Shown one piece after another: positions 55,241-64,000 of a stretch of DNA of 64,000 nucleotides. The stretch covers positions 149,388-213,387 of the forward strand of contig CAZBFM010000001.1 in the NCBI GenBank assembly GCA_964491455.1. Reading direction: 5' to 3'. Positions within the stretch are counted from its first letter, which is position 1. The number at the start of each line of letters is the position of its first letter. The translations under genes were made by a program, and so were the position numbers. This DNA comes from an uncultured Candidatus Saccharibacteria bacterium (GTDB taxonomy: Bacteria; Patescibacteriota; Minisyncoccia; 2-02-FULL-40-12; GWA2-44-9). The notes beneath the pieces were generated by a model. The model was not told where the DNA came from. It did no database searches and saw nothing but the letters and a program-made list of their open reading frames with translations.

Positions 55241-56481
55241 CTACCGCGTTTTGTTTACGACTTCAATGGCCTTGTCGAGCTGAGGGTCCTTGCCAACCAT
55301 GCCGAACTGCCAGCCCTTCTCTTTGTATTCTGCGGGTGTCATAGGTACGACCACCGTCGGCTCAATCCCCATTTTTGATATATTTACACCATTCGGAGTG
55401 TACCATTTCGCAATCGTGACTTTGAGGGATGAGCCATTATAGAATTCCTCGACTTGCTGAACGGACCCTTTCCCAAATGATTTTTCGCCAACTAAATCTA
55501 TCTTACGAACATCGTGAAGCGCACCGGCTAATATTTCAGCCGCGGAGGCGGAGCCGCCATTCATAAGTAGCACAGTCGGCATCGTGGCTAGCTTGCTATT
55601 ACCGCTGGTGCGCATCTCGTCTATGGTGCCATTACTGAAGTGCTCACTTACTACAACGCTGCCACTCTTGAGGAGCCAGCCCGCAATATTAACAGCAGAA
55701 TCCAAAAGGCCACCTGGATTATTGCGAACATCTATAATCAAGCGCTCCGCTCCGGCCTCACTTAGTTCTTTTGCGGCACGAACGAATTCTTCATCAACAT
55801 TGGCATTGAATGAAGTGATCTGCATGTACGCTATTTTGTTGTCTAGCATTCGCCACTCGACGGCATGTATCTTGATGGTGTCTCGGATAATATCGAATGT
55901 TAACTTATCGTCTGCTCCCTCACGAAGTATCGTCAGGACAACATGCGTTCCCTGCTTTCCACGAATAAGATTAACGGCTTCCTCAACGGTAAGATGCTCT
56001 GTGTCAGTAGCATCCACTTTGATGACTACGTCACCCGACACAATGCCTGCCTTCATTGCTGGGGAGTCCTTCAATGGTGATATAACGGTGATCAGATTGT
56101 CTCTCATGCCAATTTCCATTCCGACACCTGAAAAAGCACCAGAAACTTGTTCTTGAAATTTTTTGCTCGTTACCGGCTCAAAGAACACCGTATACGGATC
56201 CCCAGCGGATTGAACCATCCCCGAAATCGCTCCGTATACCAACTTTTGCGTTTCTAAGGAGTCTTTATCGACAAAGCGAGCATGCAACTTGTCCCAGACC
56301 TGCCAAAAAAGATTGAAGTCAACCGCGTCGCTTTTTCCTTGATCCTTATTGATAACCTGCTTGATAATAGCGTCTACTGAAGCGGTATTCTGTTTCTGAA
56401 AGTATGCATACCCAGCTCCATAACCAATCCCTAGAGCAATGAGTATCGAAAAAATAAAGATGAATCTATTTGGGGTTTTCA
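55241..56481 (-). CDS. ctpA: Carboxyl-terminal processing protease (S41, PDZ-containing)
   Basis: N-terminal TM, a PDZ region (GIVSGDVVIKVD) and an S41 core (LIIDVRNNPGGLLDSAV...). Start taken at MKTPNRF. Confidence 0.85.
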
Positions 56482-56499
56482 TGATGGATTTAGTTTCTG

Positions 56500-57327
56500 C
56501 TACATCGTTGCGCTCTGACCCGGGCGTAACCCCGAGGTTCCGTGTTTCCGAAAATAATGAAGTGCGTCTTTCAGGTGCCATCTCGTTTGTTGTCTAAAAA
56601 GAATATCAAGAATGCCAAACCGTCCCTTTGATTCACGCTGATGATAATGATACATCTTTGCCGAAGGGAGATATGTGACGGACAGACCATTTTCCCAGAA
56701 GCGATGTGCCCAGTCAACTTCGCTCAAATACAAAAAGAATGATTCGTCCATCATGCCAACGCGTTCGAGAGATGTGCGACTAACCATTAACGCGGAGCCC
56801 ATAACCCAATCGACGTCACACGTTTCGGTTAAATCGCGTGAGCGGAGCAAAAAAGCATCAAGTAATCGTGACGAGCCTGGTAGTGGCAGTCTCCGAGAGA
56901 TCATGATCGCGGGCGTATAAAATGAGAAGCATGAATCTTGGCGCGTGGAGTCAATATTGAGAAGCCCGGGCCCGAGCAGACCAGTAGACGGATGCTCTGA
57001 TAGAAACTGGATCATGGTGGCAAGGGACCCAGGGAGAATAATTACATCTGGATTCAGAATGAGGAGAAATTCTCCCGACGCACGGCGGAGGCCCTCATTG
57101 ACACCCCGTGTATACCCGATATTTTCAGCGAATGGAGCACACGTTAGCGCATCAAAGGTTGCTCGAAAGTCATGTGTTGCAATAGTACGCGTTTCAGGGG
57201 TTGACTCTGAATCAATAATAATTACTTCATGTCGTAGCTGAGCAGGTAGTGCGCGTCGAAGTGAGGTGAGCGATAGTCGAAGAAGCGCTGGGTTCCGGAA
57301 ATTTACAATAATTACCGACAGCTTCAT
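56500..57327 (-). CDS. Family 2 glycosyltransferase
   Basis: MKLSVIIVNFRNPALLRLSL...EVIIIDSES...ILNPDVII is GT-A with a DxD-like motif. Confidence 0.8.
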   Translation of the reverse strand: MKLSVIIVNFRNPALLRLSLTSLRRALPAQLRHEVIIIDSESTPETRTIATHDFRATFDALTCAPFAENIGYTRGVNEGLRRASGEFLLILNPDVIILPGSLATMIQFLSEHPSTGLLGPGLLNIDSTRQDSCFSFYTPAIMISRRLPLPGSSRLLDAFLLRSRDLTETCDVDWVMGSALMVSRTSLERVGMMDESFFLYLSEVDWAHRFWENGLSVTYLPSAKMYHYHQRESKGRFGILDILFRQQTRWHLKDALHYFRKHGTSGLRPGQSATM

Positions 57328-58418
57328 GGCATTGTTGTGGGGAGTAGCGTAGCTGCTGATGGAGATGCAGGCAGGATGTCCGGCGTTGGAAGAAGCGGCT
57401 GCGCGCCCGTAATGGACACTATAAAATCCTTAATGTGCTTGAGTGTGGCATCGCGTGGTAGTAACTCGTACACTCCATTCACTTTCGTTTCATAGAGCAC
57501 ATTTTCAGTAGTTAACTGATAGCGTCGAATGGTAGCTAATTTCTTCTGCTGCAACAAAATGTCCTTGATTGTGCCAAGATCAAATATATTTAAATCCGTG
57601 TTGATGTGTTTTCTAATTTCTGTAATCAACGAAAGCGCTTTGATTGGTTCATCAAGAAGCGATAGCGAGGTGGCTTTATCCTTGATTGCCATAAGAACTT
57701 GCATCTGCCGACGGGACCGATCAAAATCGCTAGAGGAATAGCGACTTCGACTATAATACAATGCTTGCTGACCATTTAAATTATTCTTACCAGCAGGAAG
57801 TGAGAATGGGAATCCCCATTGCTGTGACTCCTGAAACGGCTTATCCAACGTTACCGTGATGCCACCCAGCGTATCGACAACAGATACAAACGCGTCAAAA
57901 TCGGCAACGACAATGTTGTCTATTCCAACGCCGAGTATTCGACTATACATCTTCTTTGTCTCGGAGACACCGTAGTGGGCGTACAGCGTATTAATCTTTC
58001 CGACACGATCATCTGTAATGCGTATGGTAAGATCGCGTGGTATAGATACGAGCGATGCACGACCGGAGGATTTATCGATAGACAGTAGTAGAACTGTGTC
58101 CGTTAAGAGTCCCCCATTTTCGACATCTTCCTTGCCTCGGATACCTAGAATGAGCACATCCAATCTGTCATTCGAATTTGTCGGCAGTGCATACTCGGGG
58201 TCATCCGCAATAGAGAGTTGCTTACCCGATTTGTCGTCATTCGAAATTGTATCTGAGATACGATTCACGATGAGCAGCGTCGCGTTGCCAAGCCTACTCA
58301 ATGCGGCGCGTCCAGCAAGCATGACCAATAAAAATAATACGAGCCAAAGGATTCGTTTTGACCAAGGAGTGCGCGATGGCGTGGTTGATGCGTAATCGAT
58401 CATCATGTATGAAACCAA
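57324..58418 (-). CDS. LytR-CpsA-Psr (LCP) family cell-wall glycopolymer transferase
   Basis: N-terminal TM. LCP core LDVLILGIRGKE...TDTVLLLSIDKSSGRASLVSIPRDL...INTLYA. Confidence 0.8.
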   Translation of the reverse strand: MVSYMMIDYASTTPSRTPWSKRILWLVLFLLVMLAGRAALSRLGNATLLIVNRISDTISNDDKSGKQLSIADDPEYALPTNSNDRLDVLILGIRGKEDVENGGLLTDTVLLLSIDKSSGRASLVSIPRDLTIRITDDRVGKINTLYAHYGVSETKKMYSRILGVGIDNIVVADFDAFVSVVDTLGGITVTLDKPFQESQQWGFPFSLPAGKNNLNGQQALYYSRSRYSSSDFDRSRRQMQVLMAIKDKATSLSLLDEPIKALSLITEIRKHINTDLNIFDLGTIKDILLQQKKLATIRRYQLTTENVLYETKVNGVYELLPRDATLKHIKDFIVSITGAQPLLPTPDILPASPSAATLLPTTMP

Positions 58419-59443
58419 GAGTATAAGGCGTCCGCGCTCACTGTCGCACGGCCCTGTACTTCTTTCCGTTGCGAAATCATTCTCGGCAGAAGTCGAATGA
58501 ACCTCGGTAATTCGAGTAACACCGCTGGTTCGAAGAGGATGGTGTACAGCAACACCCCCATTTCGCGTAGTAGGATGTACGGCGCATCTCGCAGAAAGTT
58601 TATAATATACTCATTTTTAATGATTGTAAACCTCGTATTTGACCAATCAAGCCGCCGCTTCTGAAGAGGAATGCGAGAACGAATCGATCTACGGCGAACA
58701 TGATCTATGATTGGTACTTTGGCAGCTCCCTTCGTCGTTGATCTATCGTGCCAGGCAATGGCGGTAGGTTCAAATACTTGCCGAAATCCAAATAGTGTCA
58801 TGCGCCAGGCTAGATCGAGATCGTCGCCGTACCAAAAGTAATCAATATCCCAAATCCGCTTTCCTACGCGACACGATTGAAGGGCGGATCTGCGGAAAAA
58901 TGGCACAGCACCTTCGACCCCAAAGATATCACACGCGTGTTGAAGTGCCTGCGAATCAGATTGTCCATGTCCAATATTCACCACAGTGCGAGCTCGTGAG
59001 AGTGAAAACCCACACGTATCAATGACGAGCTTTGGCAGAGCTCCCCGTGTGCTATTCAGCAAGTCATCTACGGTATACTGGAAGAGCTTTCCTTGGATTG
59101 CTCCGATGGAAGGGTCTTGCATGCTACTACGGACGCACTGTGCCACGAAATCGTCGGCGATGATAACATCCACAGACAGTGCGCATACAAACTCACTGGA
59201 TGTGAGTGATAAGAGAAGTTCCTGCCCAGGCCACATTCCGTGGTTGGTATTGCTTTGTATGAGGTGTGCGCCAGGATACTCATGCGCTACGATCGCTGCA
59301 GTTGTGTCCGTTGAAGCATTGTCGAGAACGTAAAGTTCAATGGGGCGGTGCGTTTGGCGAAGCACAGCATCAAGACATCGGCGAATGTATCGCTCACCAT
59401 TTCGAACGACGACTTGTATAACCACGGAATTAGGCGTGCTCAT
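58403..59443 (-). CDS. Family 2 glycosyltransferase
   Basis: VVIQVVVRNGERYIRRCLDAVLRQTHRPIELYVLDNASTD is a GT2 N-terminal signature. Confidence 0.8.
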   Translation of the reverse strand: MSTPNSVVIQVVVRNGERYIRRCLDAVLRQTHRPIELYVLDNASTDTTAAIVAHEYPGAHLIQSNTNHGMWPGQELLLSLTSSEFVCALSVDVIIADDFVAQCVRSSMQDPSIGAIQGKLFQYTVDDLLNSTRGALPKLVIDTCGFSLSRARTVVNIGHGQSDSQALQHACDIFGVEGAVPFFRRSALQSCRVGKRIWDIDYFWYGDDLDLAWRMTLFGFRQVFEPTAIAWHDRSTTKGAAKVPIIDHVRRRSIRSRIPLQKRRLDWSNTRFTIIKNEYIINFLRDAPYILLREMGVLLYTILFEPAVLLELPRFIRLLPRMISQRKEVQGRATVSADALYSWFHT

Positions 59444-61016
59444 TGAGTGATTGCGACCAAATAATCGCTAGTGTTGAAGCGAAGAGAAGATACACTCGCT
59501 CGTCGAATAATATAGGATCTGTAAGGACGTATGCATAGATCCATGGCAGATACAGGAGTAAGCTGCCGGAGTATAGTATCGATATGCCGCTCGATACCCG
59601 AAACCAACGCCATGCCGCGTAGAGTGAATTGCCAAAGAGCGCGATAGTAATAAGGGCAGCAGCGATTCCCATCTCAGCGGCGACATGTAAATACAGGTTA
59701 TGAGCCGTAGAGCCGGCTTTTGCAAGGGTTATATTTTGATGCAATATAACCGGAAAATTTCCGATTCCTATACCCAGGAGAGGGTGGCTGTATATTGATT
59801 CGAGTGTCGATTTCCAGATGACGATTCGAAGCGCGTTGGATGTTTCACCAAAATCAAGCGTGCTACTGAGACGTCGGCCAAATAGATTGAGATCGCTTTT
59901 GCCGACAAGAAATTGTGGTGATGTAAAAATGGGCCACGCCACAAAAAACAATAAAAAGAACGTAGCAAGAAATGACGCGCCATATGCGAACATCCTTCGT
60001 CGTAGGACGTCGATGCGATGAATTGCGAATGCGTAACGATACAATGGCAACAAGGCGACGACGCCAACCGCTGATAACCATATGCCACGAGTACCTGATG
60101 CAATAACTGCAAGAAACGATATCGGCACAGCGACAATCCACAGCGATGCATAGGTTCGATAGAGCTGGAGCAATCGTGACCGCTGAGCGGCGATGAGAAT
60201 TGGTCGAGCACCAACAGCGAGAAGCGCTGGCATACCAAGGAGGACAAATGTTGGGAACGAGTGTGAGTCTGGAAACAACGAAAACATCCGGAGAGAGAGT
60301 TGGTCACCGTAATATGCAAGCCATGTGTTGCCGATGTGAACAGCAATGTAGGACCATTGGGCTCCAAAGAGTCGAGCCTCGATCCCTTCGCCCCAGAATC
60401 TCATGAATGCATAGACGTCGATAAGGTATGTAGAAAGTAACTGTGCGAATCCGACTATAACAACGAGGATGACTGGTTTGATGATTGACCAAATCACGCG
60501 TTCGTTCGTAATCCGCTCTTGACGCAGCAGAGCGTAGAGCACATACGGAACTATGGTTAGGTTGCTAAAGTAGATTATGCGCTTTATCCCCTCAATGGGG
60601 TGACTTGAAACCGTCAATGAAAGCAGCGCGAGACAGAGGAGTGCGAACATCATGCATCCGATTGGTCGCTCCTTCGCCCAGCGAAGCGGTGTGGCAAGTA
60701 GTGAACGTAGGGATGCGAGGATATGCTCGTGCTGATCTCGCACAAGGAAGAAGCGGGCTCCAATAATAATGGCGAGTGGACGCCACATGGTGAGATTGTC
60801 ATATGAGGTAGTAAGCGGCAATGCAATGAGGAGCGGAATTGATTCGACGAAAAAGAGTACGCCATCCTCGATGGGACGAGTTACACACCAGAGCGCAGCA
60901 ATTGCAAACATCATAAGTATGAAAAAACGAGGCAACGCACCTGCTACAACTAAGAGAGAAATAACAGTATAGAATGCGTAGAACTCACGAGCGTCGGGAA
61001 GTCGTAGAAATTTCAT
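59430..61016 (-). CDS. Polytopic membrane protein, Wzy/O-antigen-polymerase-like
   Basis: 528 aa, at least 12 TM helices, inside the glycosyltransferase cluster. Confidence 0.55.
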   Translation of the reverse strand: MKFLRLPDAREFYAFYTVISLLVVAGALPRFFILMMFAIAALWCVTRPIEDGVLFFVESIPLLIALPLTTSYDNLTMWRPLAIIIGARFFLVRDQHEHILASLRSLLATPLRWAKERPIGCMMFALLCLALLSLTVSSHPIEGIKRIIYFSNLTIVPYVLYALLRQERITNERVIWSIIKPVILVVIVGFAQLLSTYLIDVYAFMRFWGEGIEARLFGAQWSYIAVHIGNTWLAYYGDQLSLRMFSLFPDSHSFPTFVLLGMPALLAVGARPILIAAQRSRLLQLYRTYASLWIVAVPISFLAVIASGTRGIWLSAVGVVALLPLYRYAFAIHRIDVLRRRMFAYGASFLATFFLLFFVAWPIFTSPQFLVGKSDLNLFGRRLSSTLDFGETSNALRIVIWKSTLESIYSHPLLGIGIGNFPVILHQNITLAKAGSTAHNLYLHVAAEMGIAAALITIALFGNSLYAAWRWFRVSSGISILYSGSLLLYLPWIYAYVLTDPILFDERVYLLFASTLAIIWSQSLNEHA

Positions 61017-61022
61017 GTTGAT

Positions 61023-62996
61023 TTACGATATAATTGATTCGATTCCAGCAAGCATTCGCTTGGCATGCCGGTTCCAGGTATAGCGAGAAGTGATGCGCTC
61101 CGCATGGTGCCGAATATAGTCTCGGTGAGCGGCATCAGTAAGTCCTCTTTGGATTGCATTTGTAATGTCGTGAAGAGATGTGCTAGAGGTGTAAAACGCT
61201 GCATCGTTAAAGATTTCCCGATGCACCGGAGCATCAAGGAGCACCGAGGGCACTCCATAGGTTAGAGCCTCTAGTGGGGGCAAGCCAAATGCCTCCATGT
61301 CAGAAACGTAAATCAATAATCTCGCTCCGGCAAATTCCCTTCTCAACTCAACATCGTTGACGCGCTCAACCCAATGAACGGCCTCTCGACGTAAGGTTGT
61401 ATTGATTTTATCTACAAGATTAGCAACTATGTGCGGTTGGTACTTATCGGGGCCCACGATACGCAAAGAGAGGCCAGGATGCAATTGCGCTAGGTACTCA
61501 AATGCAAGTAATGTTTCTCGTAGATGGCGCCGTGGTAATCCTTGTCCAATATAAGCTATGTAGTTACTGGCTATTGGCTCAGTGACGATGGGTTCCGATA
61601 CCGCGAGTTCATTGACAAATATGCGATCGGGATCAATTGCAAAAAGCTCGCGAATGCGATGCGCGGATGCGTGCGTGATCGCCATGAGTTTTGATGCATG
61701 TCGAGCTGCCCATGTAGAAAATATTCTATACGCAATTCGATAGCGAAATGGCAAAAATGATCCCTTCATTTCGTACCAGACGTCTTCCGTTAACATAACT
61801 ATGCTCTTTCCAATAAAAATGACAGGTAACATGTAGTTTGCGATATAGGTCACCTGCGGCCTATCAAACCAGCACCGAATTGGAAACATGACGTAGAAAT
61901 ATATTGAAAAAGATGAGGATAGCCATCGAGCTGGCGGAACCACAATCCCACGAACGTGGGTATGCTTGAGCCAGGGTTCATCAGGTACGCTGCGCTTAAA
62001 GTATGCACGTACTTCATATTTTGCTCGAACCTCCGGTAGCTCTACGAACTCCGTGAGAAGACCGCGGAGCTGCCGTGCGGTGCCCCATGAGGTATCTTCA
62101 AGGGACTCACACTCGAATGCAATGATCGGGCGGTACGAAATCATGCCCGTTCTAGAAAGTAATCCGTCGACAATACCCTTGAGAAGCGAAGTTGTCTCCA
62201 ATGGTGACTTGTTAATCAGAAGTTTGCCCAGTTGTTTGCAGGCAAATATCGCAAGTACAATGCTTGAACGAAGTAATTGCAGTATCGGTGCGTACGCTCG
62301 ATGAAAGCGAATCGCATTTCGTATATGGTATCGCAGTAATAGTGCGCGCCCCATAGTGGAGGTTGAAGTCTGGGGTTCATGGAATACGATTGGCGACGAT
62401 ACGAAAGATATTGGAATAGCATGTGATCGAGCGCGCATCGAGAATTCTACATCTTCGAAATAGAGAAAATAGGATTCATCAAGGAGCCCGATTCGTGAAA
62501 AGACATCACGATGCACGACAAGCGCGGCTCCAATCGCATACGCCTGCTTGGGAGTTGGCGATGGAGCGTATACGTGAGGTAATGTAAACGCGCTCCATAT
62601 AACCTGTCCACAACGCGCAATGCGCTCACGCTCTTGAACGGGCAATCCAACAATACCGGGATCACTGGGAAGCTGTTCACGAAGACATTTTATAAAATCG
62701 CGCGATACAACTGCGTCGTTATTGAGTAAGACGATCCATTGCGCACCGTTATCCATTGCGCGACGAATGCCGAGATTATTCCCCGCCGAAAAACCGCCGT
62801 TGATATCAGATTCTATCAGCTCAATAGCGATGGGACAGTCACTGATCGCCTTATGAAGTGCTTTTCGGTCAGAACCTTCGCTGTCATTATCTATTACGTA
62901 CAACTGAAAATCTAAATCGCTTTGCATACTCAGCGAACGTATGAGCCTCAGAGTGACGTTCGCGGCATTGAAGTTGATTGTAACAATGGAAATCAT
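61023..62996 (-). CDS. Bifunctional glycosyltransferase (N-terminal GT2, C-terminal GT4/group 1)
   Basis: N-terminus MISIVTINFNAANVTLRLIRSLS...VIDNDSEG...LNNDAVV is GT2. C-terminus LRIVGPDKY...EAFGLPPLEALTYGVPSV is GT4 (E-x7-E region). Confidence 0.75.
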   Translation of the reverse strand: MISIVTINFNAANVTLRLIRSLSMQSDLDFQLYVIDNDSEGSDRKALHKAISDCPIAIELIESDINGGFSAGNNLGIRRAMDNGAQWIVLLNNDAVVSRDFIKCLREQLPSDPGIVGLPVQERERIARCGQVIWSAFTLPHVYAPSPTPKQAYAIGAALVVHRDVFSRIGLLDESYFLYFEDVEFSMRARSHAIPISFVSSPIVFHEPQTSTSTMGRALLLRYHIRNAIRFHRAYAPILQLLRSSIVLAIFACKQLGKLLINKSPLETTSLLKGIVDGLLSRTGMISYRPIIAFECESLEDTSWGTARQLRGLLTEFVELPEVRAKYEVRAYFKRSVPDEPWLKHTHVRGIVVPPARWLSSSFSIYFYVMFPIRCWFDRPQVTYIANYMLPVIFIGKSIVMLTEDVWYEMKGSFLPFRYRIAYRIFSTWAARHASKLMAITHASAHRIRELFAIDPDRIFVNELAVSEPIVTEPIASNYIAYIGQGLPRRHLRETLLAFEYLAQLHPGLSLRIVGPDKYQPHIVANLVDKINTTLRREAVHWVERVNDVELRREFAGARLLIYVSDMEAFGLPPLEALTYGVPSVLLDAPVHREIFNDAAFYTSSTSLHDITNAIQRGLTDAAHRDYIRHHAERITSRYTWNRHAKRMLAGIESIIS

Positions 62997-63874
62997 GCTT
63001 GCGACGTTACGAGCGACACCATACGGCGCTGAAAGTGATTGATATCATACTGCTTTGCATGAGATTGTATCGTTTCTCTATGATAGCCTCCGTACGACCT
63101 CGTTAAGCGGTGTACGCCGTCGGCGATCGCTTCAGGAATTGTATCATCGAAAAACTCTCCGGTGACTCCTTCGAGTACGGATTCTACAACGCCACCCCTC
63201 CGAAGTGCGAGGACTGGTTTACCACGAAGCATCGCTTCAACTGCAGTTAGTCCCCAATCTTCATCGTTGGCTATGAGCACAGCAATGCAGCCCTCGTAGA
63301 GCGCATCAAGCTGAGCGTCGCTAATCCAACCCGTACAGGTAACAATATCAGGTGCATTGCGGCGAAGCTTCGCCAACAGTGGGCCCACGCCAACGATCAC
63401 GAGTCGCTCTCGCAACTTAGCAAAAACATCGATCATAATCTGAAGCTGCTTGTGCGGAACAGCTCGCGCCACAATCAGATAGTATGGAACGTTCGGGACA
63501 AGCGAATGATCGAGCGGACCCGCTGCCCTCGTTGGTGGCGGAATCACGGTCGATGATCGGCGGTAATATTTTGTGATTCGGCTGGAAACGGTGGAGGAGA
63601 TCGCAATCATGTGATCCGGTCTTTGCGCAGCTTCGAAATCCCATATTCGAAAACCATGTCGTAATATTTGCGATACCATTCCGGACCGTTCATAGGAAGC
63701 ATGCCGATCCCAGAGCAATCGTGATGGACTGTAGCAATAGCAAAAATGGCGTGTTGAAGGTCGAGTAACAATCCCTTTCGAAAAAAGAACGGAAGAGGAA
63801 AGTACCACGTCGTAGCCAGAGAGATCGAATGACTCCATAGCAGTGGGCATAAGAGGACCAAGCAGTGCTGGCAT
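62993..63874 (-). CDS. Group 1 (GT4) glycosyltransferase, C-terminal catalytic half. The N-terminal half lies upstream near the window end and may be frameshifted
   Basis: LVIVGVGPL...DALYEGCIAVLIANDEDWGLTAVEAMLRGKPVLALRRGGVVESV is the GT4 C-domain. The ORF begins mid-domain. Confidence 0.6.
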   Translation of the reverse strand: MPALLGPLMPTAMESFDLSGYDVVLSSSVLFSKGIVTRPSTRHFCYCYSPSRLLWDRHASYERSGMVSQILRHGFRIWDFEAAQRPDHMIAISSTVSSRITKYYRRSSTVIPPPTRAAGPLDHSLVPNVPYYLIVARAVPHKQLQIMIDVFAKLRERLVIVGVGPLLAKLRRNAPDIVTCTGWISDAQLDALYEGCIAVLIANDEDWGLTAVEAMLRGKPVLALRRGGVVESVLEGVTGEFFDDTIPEAIADGVHRLTRSYGGYHRETIQSHAKQYDINHFQRRMVSLVTSQA

Positions 63875-64000
63875 CGACGATGCTCTCGGCAGCGATTGTA
63901 GATACGACGCACGTATATCTGCCGAGGGCAGTAATGCCGCTGAAATAGTTGGCGAGTGCAGTAGTGTATAAATGGGTGCCGATGGCCAAATAGCGTGCAG

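Noticed and set aside
63607-63989. Two minus-strand ORFs upstream of the GT4 gene in other frames
   Set aside because: They may be the frameshifted N-terminal half of the GT4 or spurious. The window ends before this can be resolved, so they are noted only under findings.
1-64000. CRISPR arrays, rRNA genes, transposases or integrases
   Set aside because: I scanned both strands for regularly spaced 25 to 40-nt direct repeats and for rRNA- or IS-like signatures. Only the PT-linker coding repeats (about 7240..7320) and the DH-tract repeat (about 1640..1700) were found, and both lie inside protein-coding genes.
1-64000. Alternative genetic code (UGA reassignment)
   Set aside because: TGA ends well-supported genes, for example rsmH at 27791..27793 and the 4420..5685 ORF, with the ftsL and fba starts overlapping them. 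The standard code 11 therefore applies.

Overview
The window reads as a compact, gene-dense bacterial chromosome segment with about 50% GC, mostly housekeeping genes on both strands. Several features suggest a reduced-genome CPR/Patescibacteria-like lineage, but this is my interpretation, not proven. Those features are short versions of EF-Ts, DnaJ and RF1, a PriA whose helicase motifs are degenerate, ribosomal protein genes scattered singly, and a large surface protein with PT linkers. TGA is used as a normal stop codon, so the standard bacterial code applies. The recognisable content runs as follows:
- A flotillin-NfeD operon and a PspC-domain gene.
- A sugar-phosphate cluster (rpiB, rpe, a PfkB kinase, an unknown 421-aa protein, class II fba).
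- A PT-linker surface protein.
- Ribosomal and translation genes (L25, truncated RF1, L31, S2, EF-Ts, L33, L10, L7/L12, L21, L27, L9, EF-P, Fmt, Def, CysRS, GluRS) and seven tRNAs.
- A GIY-YIG nuclease gene sitting between tRNAs.
- A complete arginine-kinase-type phosphagen kinase.
- A tRNA-Trp-adjacent islet carrying a coiled-coil metallophosphoesterase and an excisionase-type HTH.
- A partial division/cell-wall cluster (mraZ, rsmH, ftsL, ftsI, murF).
- recR, dnaB, a Nramp transporter, and the hrcA-grpE-hsp20-dnaK-dnaJ heat-shock cluster with a canonical CIRCE operator.
- An M23 peptidase.
- A tandem two-nuclease module (DEDDy 3'-5' exonuclease plus a Cas4/RecB-like PD-(D/E)XK nuclease with a Cys cluster) preceded by an unusually long noncoding stretch.
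- A cell-envelope glycopolymer cluster (GT2, LCP, GT2, Wzy-like, GT2-GT4 fusion, GT4).
No CRISPR array, rRNA gene or obvious transposase was seen. The best candidates for something undescribed are the tandem nuclease module with its roughly 520-nt upstream noncoding region, the tRNA-Trp islet, and the unknown 421-aa protein embedded in the sugar-phosphate cluster. The bacterial arginine kinase and the domain-1-less RF1 are also unusual.
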